Of a DNA stretch of 64,000 bases, positions 11,151 through 23,365 are shown piece by piece. The position numbers and the translations under genes are program-made. Within the stretch, counting starts at the first letter, position 1, and each line of letters opens with the position of its first letter. The stretch is taken from NCBI GenBank assembly GCA_032718475.1, contig JAUCBJ010006853.1:1-64000 (forward strand). The letters are read 5' to 3'. Source of the stretch: Nemertoderma westbladi (lineage: Eukaryota; Animalia; Xenacoelomorpha). The notes under the pieces were generated by a model. That model did no database searches. It was not told where the DNA came from and saw only the letters and a program-made list of their open reading frames with translations.

Positions 11151-12518
11151 TATTGTTGGGGAACACGTTGGCCTACGTCTAAAGCTGCGGTCACGGCTGT
11201 CTGGGCACTCTGTGTAAGGAAAGGGATTAACTGGAAGTTGGGTTTGATCAGATAGCGTAAAGCAGGTCTCCACATGTTGCACCGACAGGTATTAGTCCGA
11301 AGGACTCGTTCCCAAGGCTTCCTGTGGGTTCAGGTTCTGTCAGTCCAAGGGACTTTGTGCTTAAGGCGTTTTCCTGGATAGTATTTCGGGTAAATAGAGT
11401 GTGAGGGCTTGGATGAGGGCGCAAGCAGTCTCAGTCTCTAGCAACTCCGAGGTGACCCCACAAACTGGTAGCAAACTGCAATGTAGCAACCTGCGCGTAA
11501 GTCGGTTTAACGTGCCTCTTGGACAAGGACAGTGGTTAAATTGCGGCACCAGGATGTGAGGTATTTTGACTACACCTCCGCATTAAAGACGTTGACCCTT
11601 CGGGGACCCCCTCCATGATACTGAAGTAATGCGTAGAAAGTCCAACCGCCCACCTCCCTGTGGTAAGAGTTGGTAATAGGATTGGCACTCCTAGCAAAGC
11701 GGCGGCAATGGCACAAGGACAGAGGTGTTCATCCAACCATGGTAACTTCATTAGTTAACATGAGAGTCTATGTTGATATGGGAGTTATGCTCGGGGTCAT
11801 GTGTGTTTGGCTGCCCACTGAGTCCTACCATGTGGCTCAGTGGTCCACAGCCTCTCACATGTGGCCCTAGTCTCGAGCCGCGATTACTGCTGATAACCTA
11901 TAACCTAGCTGTTAGATATACAGCTCTAGGCGGTCGTTGGATTAGATAGCTCCTCGCTTGGGGTCTACGGTTCGTGGTCACTACATCATCCACGGTTACG
12001 TAGTTAACTCGATTGCGGTCTGGCAAGAGTGACAGCCACACTTGCCCAGTCAGTAGAGCCAGTCAAGGGGGTCACATCTGTTGAATGGAACGTAGGGAGG
12101 TCCTGAGCTATAGCACACTGCCCTTTAAACACACCAGTGTGCACCTCCAACTGCAGTAGTAGCATATTGCCGACCTGCAATACGGAAATTAACTTATTCG
12201 TAAAGCCGAGTCTGGTGAACTATGCTCCACTAGGGTTGCCATCTGACCCACGCACTCAATGGGATCCTGCCATACCAGAGCACAACACTAGCTGGTATGC
12301 CCATATGAGACACCGCATGTGGCAGCGAAATCTACACACCCGGAAACGACACCAACACCAACTGCGTTAAGGTGCATGTTTGGAAGCGTGTCGAGGGGCG
12401 GAGCGTATACCAGGTGAAATTCGAGTGCTCTTAGTAACGGCAGGTGGCTCATGCCGTCGTTCTGACGGTTTGGCTAATCAGGGGAACGGCGGTGAGTAAC
12501 TATGACTCTCTTAAGGTA
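11151..12518 (+). other. Unclassified 1.36-kb non-coding, hairpin-rich insert ending in the 28S rDNA R2/I-PpoI target sequence
   Basis: Absent from the homologous element at 37258-37300. AGGTA direct repeats at 11146-11150 and 12514-12518. GC content is about 50%, against AT-rich flanks. No convincing ORF. Confidence 0.75.
12485..12518 (+). rRNA. 34-nt fragment of eukaryotic 28S rRNA (H69 region); not an rRNA gene
   Basis: AACGGCGGTGAGTAACTATGACTCTCTTAAGGTA vs canonical AACGGCGGGAGTAACTATGACTCTCTTAAGGTAGCC, with one extra T. Confidence 0.85.
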
Positions 12519-12838
12519 CCACTAACTCAATCGGTGTGTCTGTCGTTCTGTTGAGTTCAATTTTAAACATTAATAACTCAGCCAAATCTTAATGAAATCT
12601 ATCCAAACTTGTTACACATGTAGTCTGGCAAAAGTTTAGAAATTTTCCAAGTTGAATTTGCATGTGGCCTTCGAGAAGCTAAGTTAAGAGCAGTTAATTA
12701 ATTAAATTAAAATTAATTAAGTTGAATTAAGATATTAAATAAGGGTAAAAACAGCATTTTCAAGGAAATTGTTGGAAATCTTTAAATGGAAATTAATTGT
12801 AATTATTATTATAAGATATAAATAATTATACTTAAAAG

Positions 12839-14269
12839 AAGGGACGGATACGATACGATACGTAAACGGATTTTCGTATTTCGTATCGCAGTATTTTATT
12901 CGTATCGAATTTCGTATCGTATTATAAAAATTGACTTCGTATCGTAAAATACGAAAAAATATTTTTCGTATTTCGTATCTGATCTTATTATTTTGTAAAT
13001 ATTCATGTTTTTAACAGACAAACCAGATATCACACATTATTTCTTTACATGTGAATAAATTAGGTTGCAACTTATAGTTTTATTACCCATGTCAATAAAA
13101 TTGTAACAAATGAGGATCGTTAATCGTAGAAAAATGATAAAATACAATCTAATTACAGTTGAGCGAGGATAACTCTAATCGCGCCTACTGTACAAGGCCT
13201 TGGCGTCTTTCTAGTGAGAGAATAAATAAATAATACATTTATTTTTATAAAACATAGTTTTATTCTAGTATTAGTTTGACTTGGAAATTGAAGATTTGCA
13301 TTTTTTTCAATATTTGTAATAATGCACAGTCATCATTCTATATATAACGGCAGTAGGTATATAGGTAAAGCAGTACAGTATACATAAAGTGGCAGGGTAA
13401 TATGGAAACGCCTACTATTGGGCCGTGTTGCATAACGTCCATATGGGATGTTGTGGGGCGAGCCACGAAGTTGGCGGAGCCTTAGCGAATTGACACTGTT
13501 AGGGGGTGGGTCAATTTATGCAAATAGTTGTCGTCGTCGTCGTTGTCGTCGTCGTCGTCGTCGTCGTCGTCGTTACGATTTTGACATGCTAATAACTTTG
13601 TCGGATTTAAAGCTGCCAAGTTGAAAATTTGTAGGTATCAATATGAGCAAAAGTTGAGATTTTTGAGAGACTTTCAGACACCATCAGTGCAATGGTCTCC
13701 CGCTAGAGGGCCACATGTCTAAACATTAAATGCCCTCCCATTTCTTTGCTTTTAATCCGTTTAAGCTGAAACTTGGCAGATATGTATTAGACCATTAGCT
13801 GTGACTTTCAAAGGAGGCGAATCCATCTGCAGTTCTCCAGTCTGCCGCTAGAGGGCCAACGTGACAACGACAACTATTTGCATAAATTGACCCACCCCCT
13901 AACAGTGTCAATTCGCTAAGGCTCTGCCAACTTCGTGCTGCGCGAAGGCCCCACTTCGTGTAGCCAGTAGACACACTATTGCTGTAGCAAGCATACTGGA
14001 CTGGAACATTGAAATAAAATATATTAGCCTATTATATAGATATTTATATGATTTTCTAAGTGTATAATACAAAATCCCAATATTTTATCAACTCTTAGAT
14101 AAAATACGATAGGAAAAACATACGAAATTGTTTCGTATTTCGTATCGTATTGTAATTCCTCAAAATTGCAAGAGTATCGTATCGTATCTTAAACATTGGT
14201 TTGTATCGTATCGCATCGTATCGTATCGTATCGTCGTATCGTATCGTATCGTATCGTATTATGTCTCTG
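12839..14269. mobile_element. hAT-type MITE
   Basis: 8-bp TSD CTTAAAAG (12831-12838 and 14270-14277). Imperfect TIRs with (GATAC)n/(GTATC)n subterminal repeats. A near-identical empty site is seen at about 37515. Confidence 0.85.
13453..13961 (+). mobile_element. Helentron/DINE-like element (copy B) with about 70-bp inverted repeats and a (GTC)n microsatellite
   Basis: Same termini as copies A and C. 13465-13535 is a near-perfect reverse complement of 13866-13937. (GTC)n runs 13530-13572. Confidence 0.8.
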
Positions 14270-14597
14270 CTTAAAAGTTATACAGCTGTAATCCCCGTAC
14301 CCAATTTCATTATAGTTTTTAATTAGTTCAAGTGATTTGCTTTAAGAAATGTGTTTTTAATTGATCTAAACGTAATTAATTTATTAAAATGGCCCGTCTC
14401 CAGCTATAGCTCCCTCCTTCGTTGGCGTACTACAGTAGCTATTGGCTATTAGTTGGAACCAGTCCAAATCTCATCACTATTAGGCAACGCGTAATTACAT
14501 CTATAGGACATAGGCAAGGCCGGCACTACTAGTGTAAAGTGACTAATAAGCAGCTTGCTTATTATTTATTTTTCTAGCAAAAATAATTGCCTGGAGT

Positions 14598-16360
14598 CAA
14601 GGATGTTTACGTTACGTTACATTACTGTATTACGTTACGTTACGGTTGAAAAACTGAACTTTTTACGTTACGATATTACATTGCGGAATAATTTCCAAAT
14701 TACATTACGTTACTGTATTCCGAAAAAAATAATTGCGTATTACCGAAAATACCATAACGTAATAACCGGTTCAGATTCCATAGGACCACAAAGAGATATT
14801 TAAAGTTTCATCCTAATTTTGTCTGAAAATCGGGAAATTATAGTTTCAATGTTTTGAAATTGCAAATTAACTTAACATAAAAATAACTTTAAATTGGTAG
14901 AACGGCTTGGCTTGTGTTGTAATAGGTTGTCATAATAAGACATACAGGTAGCGGTAGCCCTGTAGGTAGGCCTACCATACCTACCTACTGTCCTGTAAAT
15001 CTATGATCTATACCATTGCAGCATTCTGCGTTGTTATAGGCTACAGCTGGTAGAGCAGAGACTCAGTATAAATAGTTGAGTCAGTAGCCCTAGTTAGCTT
15101 AACATTAATTAAAACTTAATGTTTAATTATAACTTAATTTAACTATAAATTAATTATTAATTAAAACTTCAACATAAATAACTGGAGAAGCCAGGAAGCT
15201 GGCTATAAGGATACCGTGTACAGATAAACAAAACCGGATAGTACTAGATCGTGACAACAGTCGAAAACAGGCGAAAACAAGCGAAAACAGTTGGAATTTA
15301 GAGAAAACAGTCGAAAACAGTTAGATCGTTTAAAAATAATCATCCATGCATCCAGGTGAAAATAGAAATTGAGGTTAACTAGGTGTAATAATATATTTAA
15401 AATTTAGTGGCATTTATATTGTCGCTAACTTAAGATGACGTACCCATGTACAATAACACTGCGCATATCAGCGCCCGTACTGCCGTACCGGTACCTGTTG
15501 TAGTTACTGTGTCCGTACCGGTTGGGAAGTACCATATTGAATTTATTATTATTGCAGAGATGCACTTTATTGATTGTTATACAGTAGTACTGTAGTAGTA
15601 GCTAGTACAGTAGGCCTAAGTTGAACTCCATGTCTGTAAGAACGATACTAGGTACGTAAAATACATAGCACATAGGCCTATTTCATTTCCAGCAATATAT
15701 AATTTTGTTTGTTCTGATAATGGCGAAACCGCTGGAAGCGAAGATACCGGAACTTCGTACTTCCACATCTTCTTCTATCGGTGCCGGTACGGGTGCCGGT
15801 ACAATTGACTCACTGAATACTCTACTCTGTAGGCTTACTGCCGCACTGGAGTAATCCATAATCAACGGGTAATCAGTGTTATTGTACATGGGTTATGGGT
15901 AAAACGTCATCTTAAGTTAGCGACATTATAAATGCCACTAAATTTTAAATCTATTATTACACCAAGTTAACTTCAATATCTATTTTCACCTGGATGCATG
16001 GATGATTATTTTTAAACGATCTAACTGTTTTCGTCTGTTTTCCCTACATTCCAACTGTTTTCGCTTGTTTTCGATTGTTGTCACAATCTAGTACTATCCA
16101 ACAAAACCTAAAAGCATTTAACTTTATATTGAATAGCTAGAACGTTCAAGTGAAAGTTTTTTGTCGAAAGATTTACTTTTTTGTCCAAAATGATTTCTTG
16201 GTAGATAAAACAAATATTACGCTATTACGTTACGGTTTACGGCAAAAATATACAGTAATATTACGTTTACGGTATTGAAAAAGCTATTACGTTACGGAAA
16301 AATATTGAGCTACACGGTATTCCTGAAAAGATACCGTAACGTAACGTAATAACATCCTTG
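14598..16360. mobile_element. hAT-type MITE
   Basis: 8-bp TSD CCTGGAGT (14590-14597 and 16361-16368). TIR CAAGGATGTT/AACATCCTTG with (TTACG)n subterminal repeats. Confidence 0.9.
15236..16099. mobile_element. Mutator-like (MULE) non-autonomous element
   Basis: 9-bp TSD AACAAAACC (15227-15235 and 16100-16108). TIRs of about 225 bp beginning GGATAGTACTAGAT. Confidence 0.88.
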
Positions 16361-17308
16361 CCTGGAGTATTTAATCATATTCTTTAGAATCATTAGCTAA
16401 ATAATTTATTTGAGGTGTTGACCTTATAAATTAATATTTCAGTATCAATACTATCGGCATAAGGTAAGTTTTAATAATTTTTACATATTTGGTTGCCTCC
16501 ACACCTAAAAATATATTACTTTTAAAACACAAATTTCCTGTTAATACCTCTGCCTTTCATTAATCCTCTGTGCTCCTTTGGTTTGGGGTGCGTGGTGCAG
16601 ATTAAGAGATTTATTCTTATTGGCAGTTTGGTTAAATTTCTTATTTATTTATTTAAATTTCTTAAGTACCGATTTTGGGATAGAATTGCTCAATTTGAAT
16701 CTGTATCGGCTAACTCAGCCTCGTGCTGCGCGAAGGCCCCACGAACGTGTAATAATCCGTATTTAAAATGTTTAGAGCTAATCTGTTTAATGTTGGGTTT
16801 GTATTGGTGTTGTTGGTTGGTTAAGGAGCCTTTATTGTTTCTCGGCGTGTTAATTTGCATAAAATATTTTCCTGGAATAATGCGACAGTATTTGCAAATT
16901 AAATAAAGTCTCATAAATCTAAAATGAAGTAGCTAACTTATAGTGTTGGTGTTGGTATTTTCAGCGTAGTATTGGCAAAGATGCACAGGACATGGTCTGG
17001 CCAATTTGCTACAGTCAATGTTAGAACACGTTACCACGTTAGACCATGTTACAGTCAATGTAACTGCAGATGACACCAACAAGTGGTGGACGTACTAGAA
17101 GCTCACCCTGTAGACTGGCAACCATGGTGCTGTAACTGTCCCGACAGCCAACTCATTAACAAAACACCATACTGTTAAATATGGTTGTCGTCGTAATTAA
17201 TTCATTGGTCTGGCCATCAGTGGAGGATGGAGAAATCGGAAAGCAAGTGGCCCACTGGCGTCGTCCAATTCCTGGTTGTCTGCCTATCATTTCTTCTTCA
17301 GTCTTCTT

Positions 17309-20300
17309 CAGCCCTCACAACCCTGGTGAATATCAGACAGGAGAGACCCAGACTACATCCCTCTAGTTGGCTAGCATCCCACCTCGGCCCTCACAACCCT
17401 GGTCAATGTCAGACAGGAGAGACCCAGACTACATCTCCCCAGTAAGCCAGCATCCCAACGCGGCCCGTACAACCCCGGTGAATGTCAGACAGGAGAGACC
17501 CAGACTACATCTCCCCAGTTGGCCAGCATCCCAACGCGGCCCTTACAACTCCGGTGAATGTCAGACAGGAGAGACCCAAACTACATCTCCCCAGTTGGCC
17601 AGCATCCCAACGCGCCCCTTACAACTCCGGTGAATGTCAGACAGGAGAGACCCAGACTACATCTCCCCAGTTGGCCAGCATCCCAACGCGGCCCTTACAC
17701 CTCCGGTGAATGTCAGACAGGAGAGACACAGACAATATCTCCCCAGTTGGCCAGCATCCCAACGCGGCCCTTACAACTCCGGTGAATGTCAGACAGGAGA
17801 GACCCAGACTACATCTCCCCAGTTGGCCAGCATCCCAACGCGGCCCTTACAACTCCGGTGAATGTTAGACAGGAGAGACCCAGACTACATCTCCCCAGTA
17901 GGCCGGCATCCCACCTCGGCCCTCACAACCCCGGTGAATGTCAGACAGGAGAGACCCAGACTACATCCCTCTAGTTGGCTAGCATCCCACCTCGGCCCTC
18001 ACAACCCTGGTCAATGTCAGACAGGAGAGACCCAGACTACATCTCCCCAGTTGGCCAGCATCCCAACGCGGCCCTTACAACTCCGGTGAATGTCAGACAG
18101 GAGAGACCCAAACTACATCTCCCCAGTTGGCCAGCATCCCAACGCGCCCCTTACAACTCCGGTGAATGTCAGACAGGAGAGACCCAGACTACATCTCCCC
18201 AGTTGGCCAGCATCCCAACGCGGCCCTTACACCTCCGGTGAATGTCAGACAGGAGAGACACAGACAATATCTCCCCAGTTGGCCAGCATCCCAACGCGGC
18301 CCTTACAACTCCGGTGAATGTCAGACAGGAGAGACCCAGACTACATCTCCCCAGTTGGCCAGCATCCCAACGCGGCCCTTACAACTCCGGTGAATGTTAG
18401 ACAGGAGAGACCCAGACTACATCTCCCCAGTAGGCCGGCATCCCACCTCGGCCCTCACAACCCTGGTGAATGTCAGACAGGAGAGACCCAGACTACATCT
18501 CCCCAGTTGGCCAGCATCCCACCGCGGCACTCACAACCCCGGTGAATGTCAGACAGGAGAGACCCAGACTACATCCCTCTAGTTGGCCAGCATCCCACCT
18601 CGGCCCTCATAACCCCGGTAAATGTCGGACAGGAGAGACCCAGACTACATCTCCCCAGTTTGCCAGCATCCCACCGCGGCACTCACAACCCTATACATAA
18701 CCCCAGTTGGCCAGCATCCCACCTCGGCCCTCACAACCCCGGTGAATGTTAGACAGGAGAGAACCAGACCATATCTCTCTAGTTGGCCAGCATCCCACCG
18801 CGGCCCTCACAACCCCGGTGAATGTCAGACAGGAGAGACCCAGACTACATCCCTCTAGTTGGCCAGCATCCCACCTCGGCCCTCACAACCCCGGACAATG
18901 TCAGACAGGAGAGACCCAGACTACATCTCTCTAGTTGGCCAGCATCCCACCGCGGCCCTCACAACCCCGGTAAATGTCGGACAGGAGAGACCCTGACTAC
19001 ATCCCTCTAGTTGGCCAGCATCCCACCGCGGCACTCACAACCCCTATACATAACCCTGGCCAGCATCCCACCTCGGCCCTCACAACCCCGGTGAATGTTA
19101 GACAGGAGAGACACAGACCACATCTCTCTAGTTGGCCAGCATCCCACCACGGCCCTCACAACCCCGGTGAATGTCAGACAGGAGAGACCCAGACTACATC
19201 TCCCCAGTTTGCCAGCATCCCACCGCGGCACTCACAACCCCTATACATAACCCCAGTTGGCCAGCATCCCACCTCGGCCCTCACAACCCCGGTGAATGTT
19301 AGACAGGAGAGACACAGACCACATCGCTCTAGTTGGCCAGCATCACACCGCGGCCCTCACAACCCCGGTGAATGTCAGACAGGAGAGACCCAGACTACAT
19401 CTCCCCAGTAAGCCGGCATCCCACCTCGGCCCTCACAACCCCGGTGAATGTCAGACAGGAGAGACCCAGACTACATCTCCCCAGTAGGCCGGCATCCCAC
19501 CTCGGCCCTCACAACCCCGGTGAATGTTAGACAGGAGAGATACAGATCACATCTCTCTAGTTGGCCAGCATCCCACCGCGGCCCTCACAACCCCGGTGAA
19601 TGTCAGACAGGAGAGACCCAGACTACATCTCCCCAGTAGGCCGGCATCCCACCTCGGCCCTCACAACCCCGGTGAATGTCAGACAGGAGAGACCCAGACT
19701 ACATCTCCCCAGTAGGCCGGCATCCCACCTCGGCTCTCACAACCCCGGTGAATGTCAGACAGGAGAGACCCAGACTACATCTCCCCAGTTGGCCAGCATC
19801 CCAACGCGGCCCTTACAACTCTGGTGAATGTCAGACAGGAGAGACCCAGACTACATCTCCCCAGTAGGACGGCATCCCACCTCGGCCCTCACAACCCCGG
19901 TGAATGTCAGACAGGAGAGACCCAGACTACATCTCCCCAGTTGGCCAGCATCCCACCGCGGCACTCACAACCCCGGTGAATGTCAGACAGGAGAGACCCA
20001 GACTACATCTCTCTAGTTGGCCAGCATCCCACCTCGGCCCTCATAACCCCGGTAAATGTCGGACAGGAGAGACCCAGACTACATCTCCCCAGTTTGCCAG
20101 CATCCCACCGCGGCACTCACAACCCCTATACATAACCCCAGTCGGCCAGCATACCACCTCGGCCCTCACAACCCCGGTGAATGTCAGACAGGAGAGAACC
20201 AGACCATATCTCTCTAGTTGGCCAGCATCCCACCGCGGCCCTCACAACCCTGGTGAATGTCAGACAGGAAAGACCCAGACTACATCCCTCTAGTTGGCCA

Positions 20301-22272
20301 GCATCCCACCTCGGCCCTTACAACCCCGGACAATGTCAGACAGGAGAGACCCAGACTACATATCTCTAGTTGGCCAGCATCCCATCGCGGCCCTCACAAC
20401 CCCGGTAAATGTCGGACAGGAGAGACCCAGACTACATCTCCCCAGTTTGCCAGCATCCCACCGCGGCACTCACAACCCTGGTGAATGTTAGACAGGAGAG
20501 ACACACAACACATCTCTCTAGTTGGCCAGCATCACACCGCGGCCCTCACAATCCCGGTGAATGTCAGACAGGAGAGACCCAGACTACATCTCCCCAGTAG
20601 GCCGGCATCCCACCTCGGCCCTCACAACCCCGGTGATTGTCAGACAGGAGAGACCCAGACTACATCTCCCCAGTAGGCCGGCATCCCACCTCGGCCCTCA
20701 CAACCCCGGTCAATGTCAGCAGGAGAGACCCAGACTACATCTCCCCAGTAGGCCGGCATCCCACCTCGGAACTCACAACCCCGGTGAATGTCAGACAGGA
20801 GAGACACAGACTACATCTCCCCAGTAGGCCGGCATCCCACCTCGGCCCTCACAACCCTGGTGAATGTCAGACAGGAGAGACACAGACTACATTTCCCCAG
20901 TTTGCCAGCATCCCACCGCGGCACTCACAACCCCTATACATAACCCCAGTTGGCCAGCATCCCACCGCGGCCCTCACAACCCCGGTGAATGTCAGACAGG
21001 AGAGACCCAGACTACATCTCCCCAGTAGGCCGGCATCCCACCTCGGCCCACACAACCCCGGTGAATGTCAGACAGGAGAGACCCAGACTACATCTCCCCA
21101 GTAGGCCGGCATCCCACCTCGGCCCTCACAACCCCGGTGAATGTCAGACAGGAGAGACACAGACTACATTTTCCCAGTTTGCCGTCATCCCACCGCAGCA
21201 CTCACAACCCCTATACATAACCCCAGTTGGCCAGCATCCCACCGCGGCCCTCACAACCCCGGTGAATGTCAGACAGGAGAGACACAGACCACATCTCTCT
21301 AGTTGGCCAGCATCCCACCTCGGCCATCACAACCCTGGTGAATGTTAGACAGGAGAGACACAGACCACATCTCTCTAGTTGGCCAGCATCCCACCGCGGC
21401 CCTCACAACCCCGGTGAATGTCAGACAGGAGAGACCCAGACTACATCTCCCCAGTTTGCCAGCATCCCACCGCGGCACTCATAACCCCTATACATAACCC
21501 CAGTTGGCCAGCATCCCACTGCGGCCCTCACAACCCCGGTGAATGTTAGACAGGAGAGACACAGACCATATCTCTCTAGTTGGCCAGCATCCCACCGCGG
21601 CCCTCACAACCCCGGTGAATGTCAGACAGGAGAGACCCAGACTACATCCCTCTAGTTGGCCAGCATCCCACCGCGGCCCTCACAACCCCGGTGAATGTCA
21701 GACAGGAGAGACCCAGACTACATCCCTCTAGTTGGCCGGCATCCCACCTCGGCCCTCACAACCCCGGTGAATGTCAGACAGGAGAGACCCAGACTACATC
21801 CCTCTAGTTGGCCGGCATCCCACCTCGGCCCTCACAACCCCGGTGAATGTTAGACAGGAGAGACCCAGACCACATCTCTCTAGGTGACCAGCATCCCACC
21901 GCGGCCCTCACAACCCCGGTAAATGTCGTGGACAGGAGAGACCCAGACTACATCTCCCCAGTTTGCCAGCATCCCACCGCGGCAATAACAACCCCAGTGA
22001 ATGTTAGACAGGAGAGACACAGACCACATCTCTCTAGTTGGCCAGCATCCCACCGCGGCCCTCACAACCCCGGTGAATGTCAGACAGGAGAGACCCAGAC
22101 TACATCTCCCCAGTTGGCCAGCATCTCAACGCGGCCCGTACAACCCTGGTGAATGTCAGACAGGAGAGACACAGACTACATCTCCCCAGTAGGCCGGCAT
22201 CCCACCTCGGCCCTCACAACCCCGGTGAATGTCAGACAGGAGAGACCCAGACTACATCTCCCCAGTTGGCCA
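17309..22272. repeat. 76-bp satellite array, about 65 units, with higher-order structure
   Basis: Unit CCCTCACAACCCCGGTGAATGTCAGACAGGAGAGACCCAGACTACATCTCCCCAGTTGGCCAGCATCCCACCTCGG. ORF starts recur every 76 bp. An orphan unit lies at about 22652-22735. Confidence 0.97.
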
Positions 22273-22651
22273 TAGTATGCAGCACAATTAGCTCGTGAGA
22301 AAGCTACGCCCGCATCAAATCTTTGCCTTGAAAATGACCAACTATCATCCGGCTGAACTTTGCCCGCGGGCAATCATCGCCCATGAGCAAACATCGCCCA
22401 CTAAACAATGATTTTTTGGTTAGAAAAATCCGTCTCTGTAACCTGCTACTTCCCTTCAATTGGTAACAACATCGTTTATTGTTTTGGTTAGAAAAAGCCG
22501 ACTCTGTAACCTGTTCCTTTCCCTCAATTGGTAACTGAAATGGTAACTAACACAAATATTATGGGCGAAGGTTGCTGGCGGGCGAAGATTCCTTTGCGGG
22601 CGAAGTTTTCACCGGGCAAAGTTTGGATGCAGGCGAAGGTTGCACCATTCC
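22273..22651. mobile_element. Small degenerate insertion (MITE-like) splitting the last 76-bp satellite unit
   Basis: TTGGCCA is duplicated on both sides. Multiple TYGCCC motifs on the left are mirrored by GGGCRAA motifs on the right. Confidence 0.5.
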
Positions 22652-22741
22652 TTGGCCAGCATCCCACCTCGGCACTAACAAACCTAAGTCAACGACAGAC
22701 CGGAGAGACCCAGGCTACATCCCCCTAGTGGCCTATCAAGT

Positions 22742-23365
22742 ACAACTAACAGCACTGCGACAAGTAGAACTAACAGCACTGCGGCATGTGTGAATAACAG
22801 CACTACGGCATGTAGAACTAACAACCCTGCAGCATGTGTGAATAACAGCACTGCGGCATGTAGAACTAACAACACTGCAGCATGTGTGAGTAACAGCACT
22901 GCGGCATGTAGAACTAACAACACTGCAGCATGTGTGAATAACAGCACTGCGGCATGTAGAACTAACAACACTGCAGCATGTGTGTAACAGAACAGCACTA
23001 CGGCATGTAGAACTAACAACACTGCAGCATGTGTGAATAACAGCACTACGGCATGTAGAACTAACAACACTGCAGCATGTGTGAATAACAGCACTACGCA
23101 TGTAGAACTAACAACCCTGCAGCATGTGTGAATAACAGCTCTGCGGCATGTAGAACTAACAACACTGCAGCATGTGTGAATAACAGCACTACGGCATGTT
23201 GAACTAACAACCCTGCAGCATGTGTGAATAACAGCACTGCGGCATGTAGAACTAACAACACTGCAGCATGTGTGAATAACAGCACTACGGCATGTAGAAC
23301 TAACAACACTGCAGCATGTGTGAATAACAGCACTACGGCATCTAGAACTAACAGCCCTACGGCAT
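22742..23365. repeat. 48-bp minisatellite made of two alternating 24-bp subunits
   Basis: TAGAACTAACAACACTGCAGCATG alternates with TGTGAATAACAGCACTGCGGCATG. Confidence 0.93.

Larger units (their letters stand above)
11109..16751 (+). mobile_element. Helentron/DINE-1-like non-autonomous element (copy A), host of a multi-level nest
   Basis: Starts GTGGGGCGAGCCACGAA and ends TCGTGCTGCGCGAAGGCCCCACGAACGTGT. Body segments 12514-12838 and 14270-14390 align with the uninterrupted copy at 37258-38346. The superfamily is inferred from the subterminal inverted repeats, 3' hairpin and short microsatellite. Confidence 0.7.

Noticed and set aside
11620-11645. Possible hammerhead core (CTGAAGT...GAAA)
   Set aside because: The core lacks CUGANGA and there are no supporting stems.
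11928-12010. Possible HDV-like ribozyme (TCCTCGCT loop motif at about 11951)
   Set aside because: The loop matches HDV L3, but P1 and P3 pairings could not be built convincingly by eye.
12485-12518. A true rRNA gene or a canonical R2 insertion
   Set aside because: Only 34 nt match clearly, the downstream 28S is absent, and no R2 body follows the site.
17309-22272. CRISPR-like periodicity and many 60-90 aa ORFs
   Set aside because: Units are contiguous with no unique spacers, there are no cas genes, and the 76-bp period is non-triplet.
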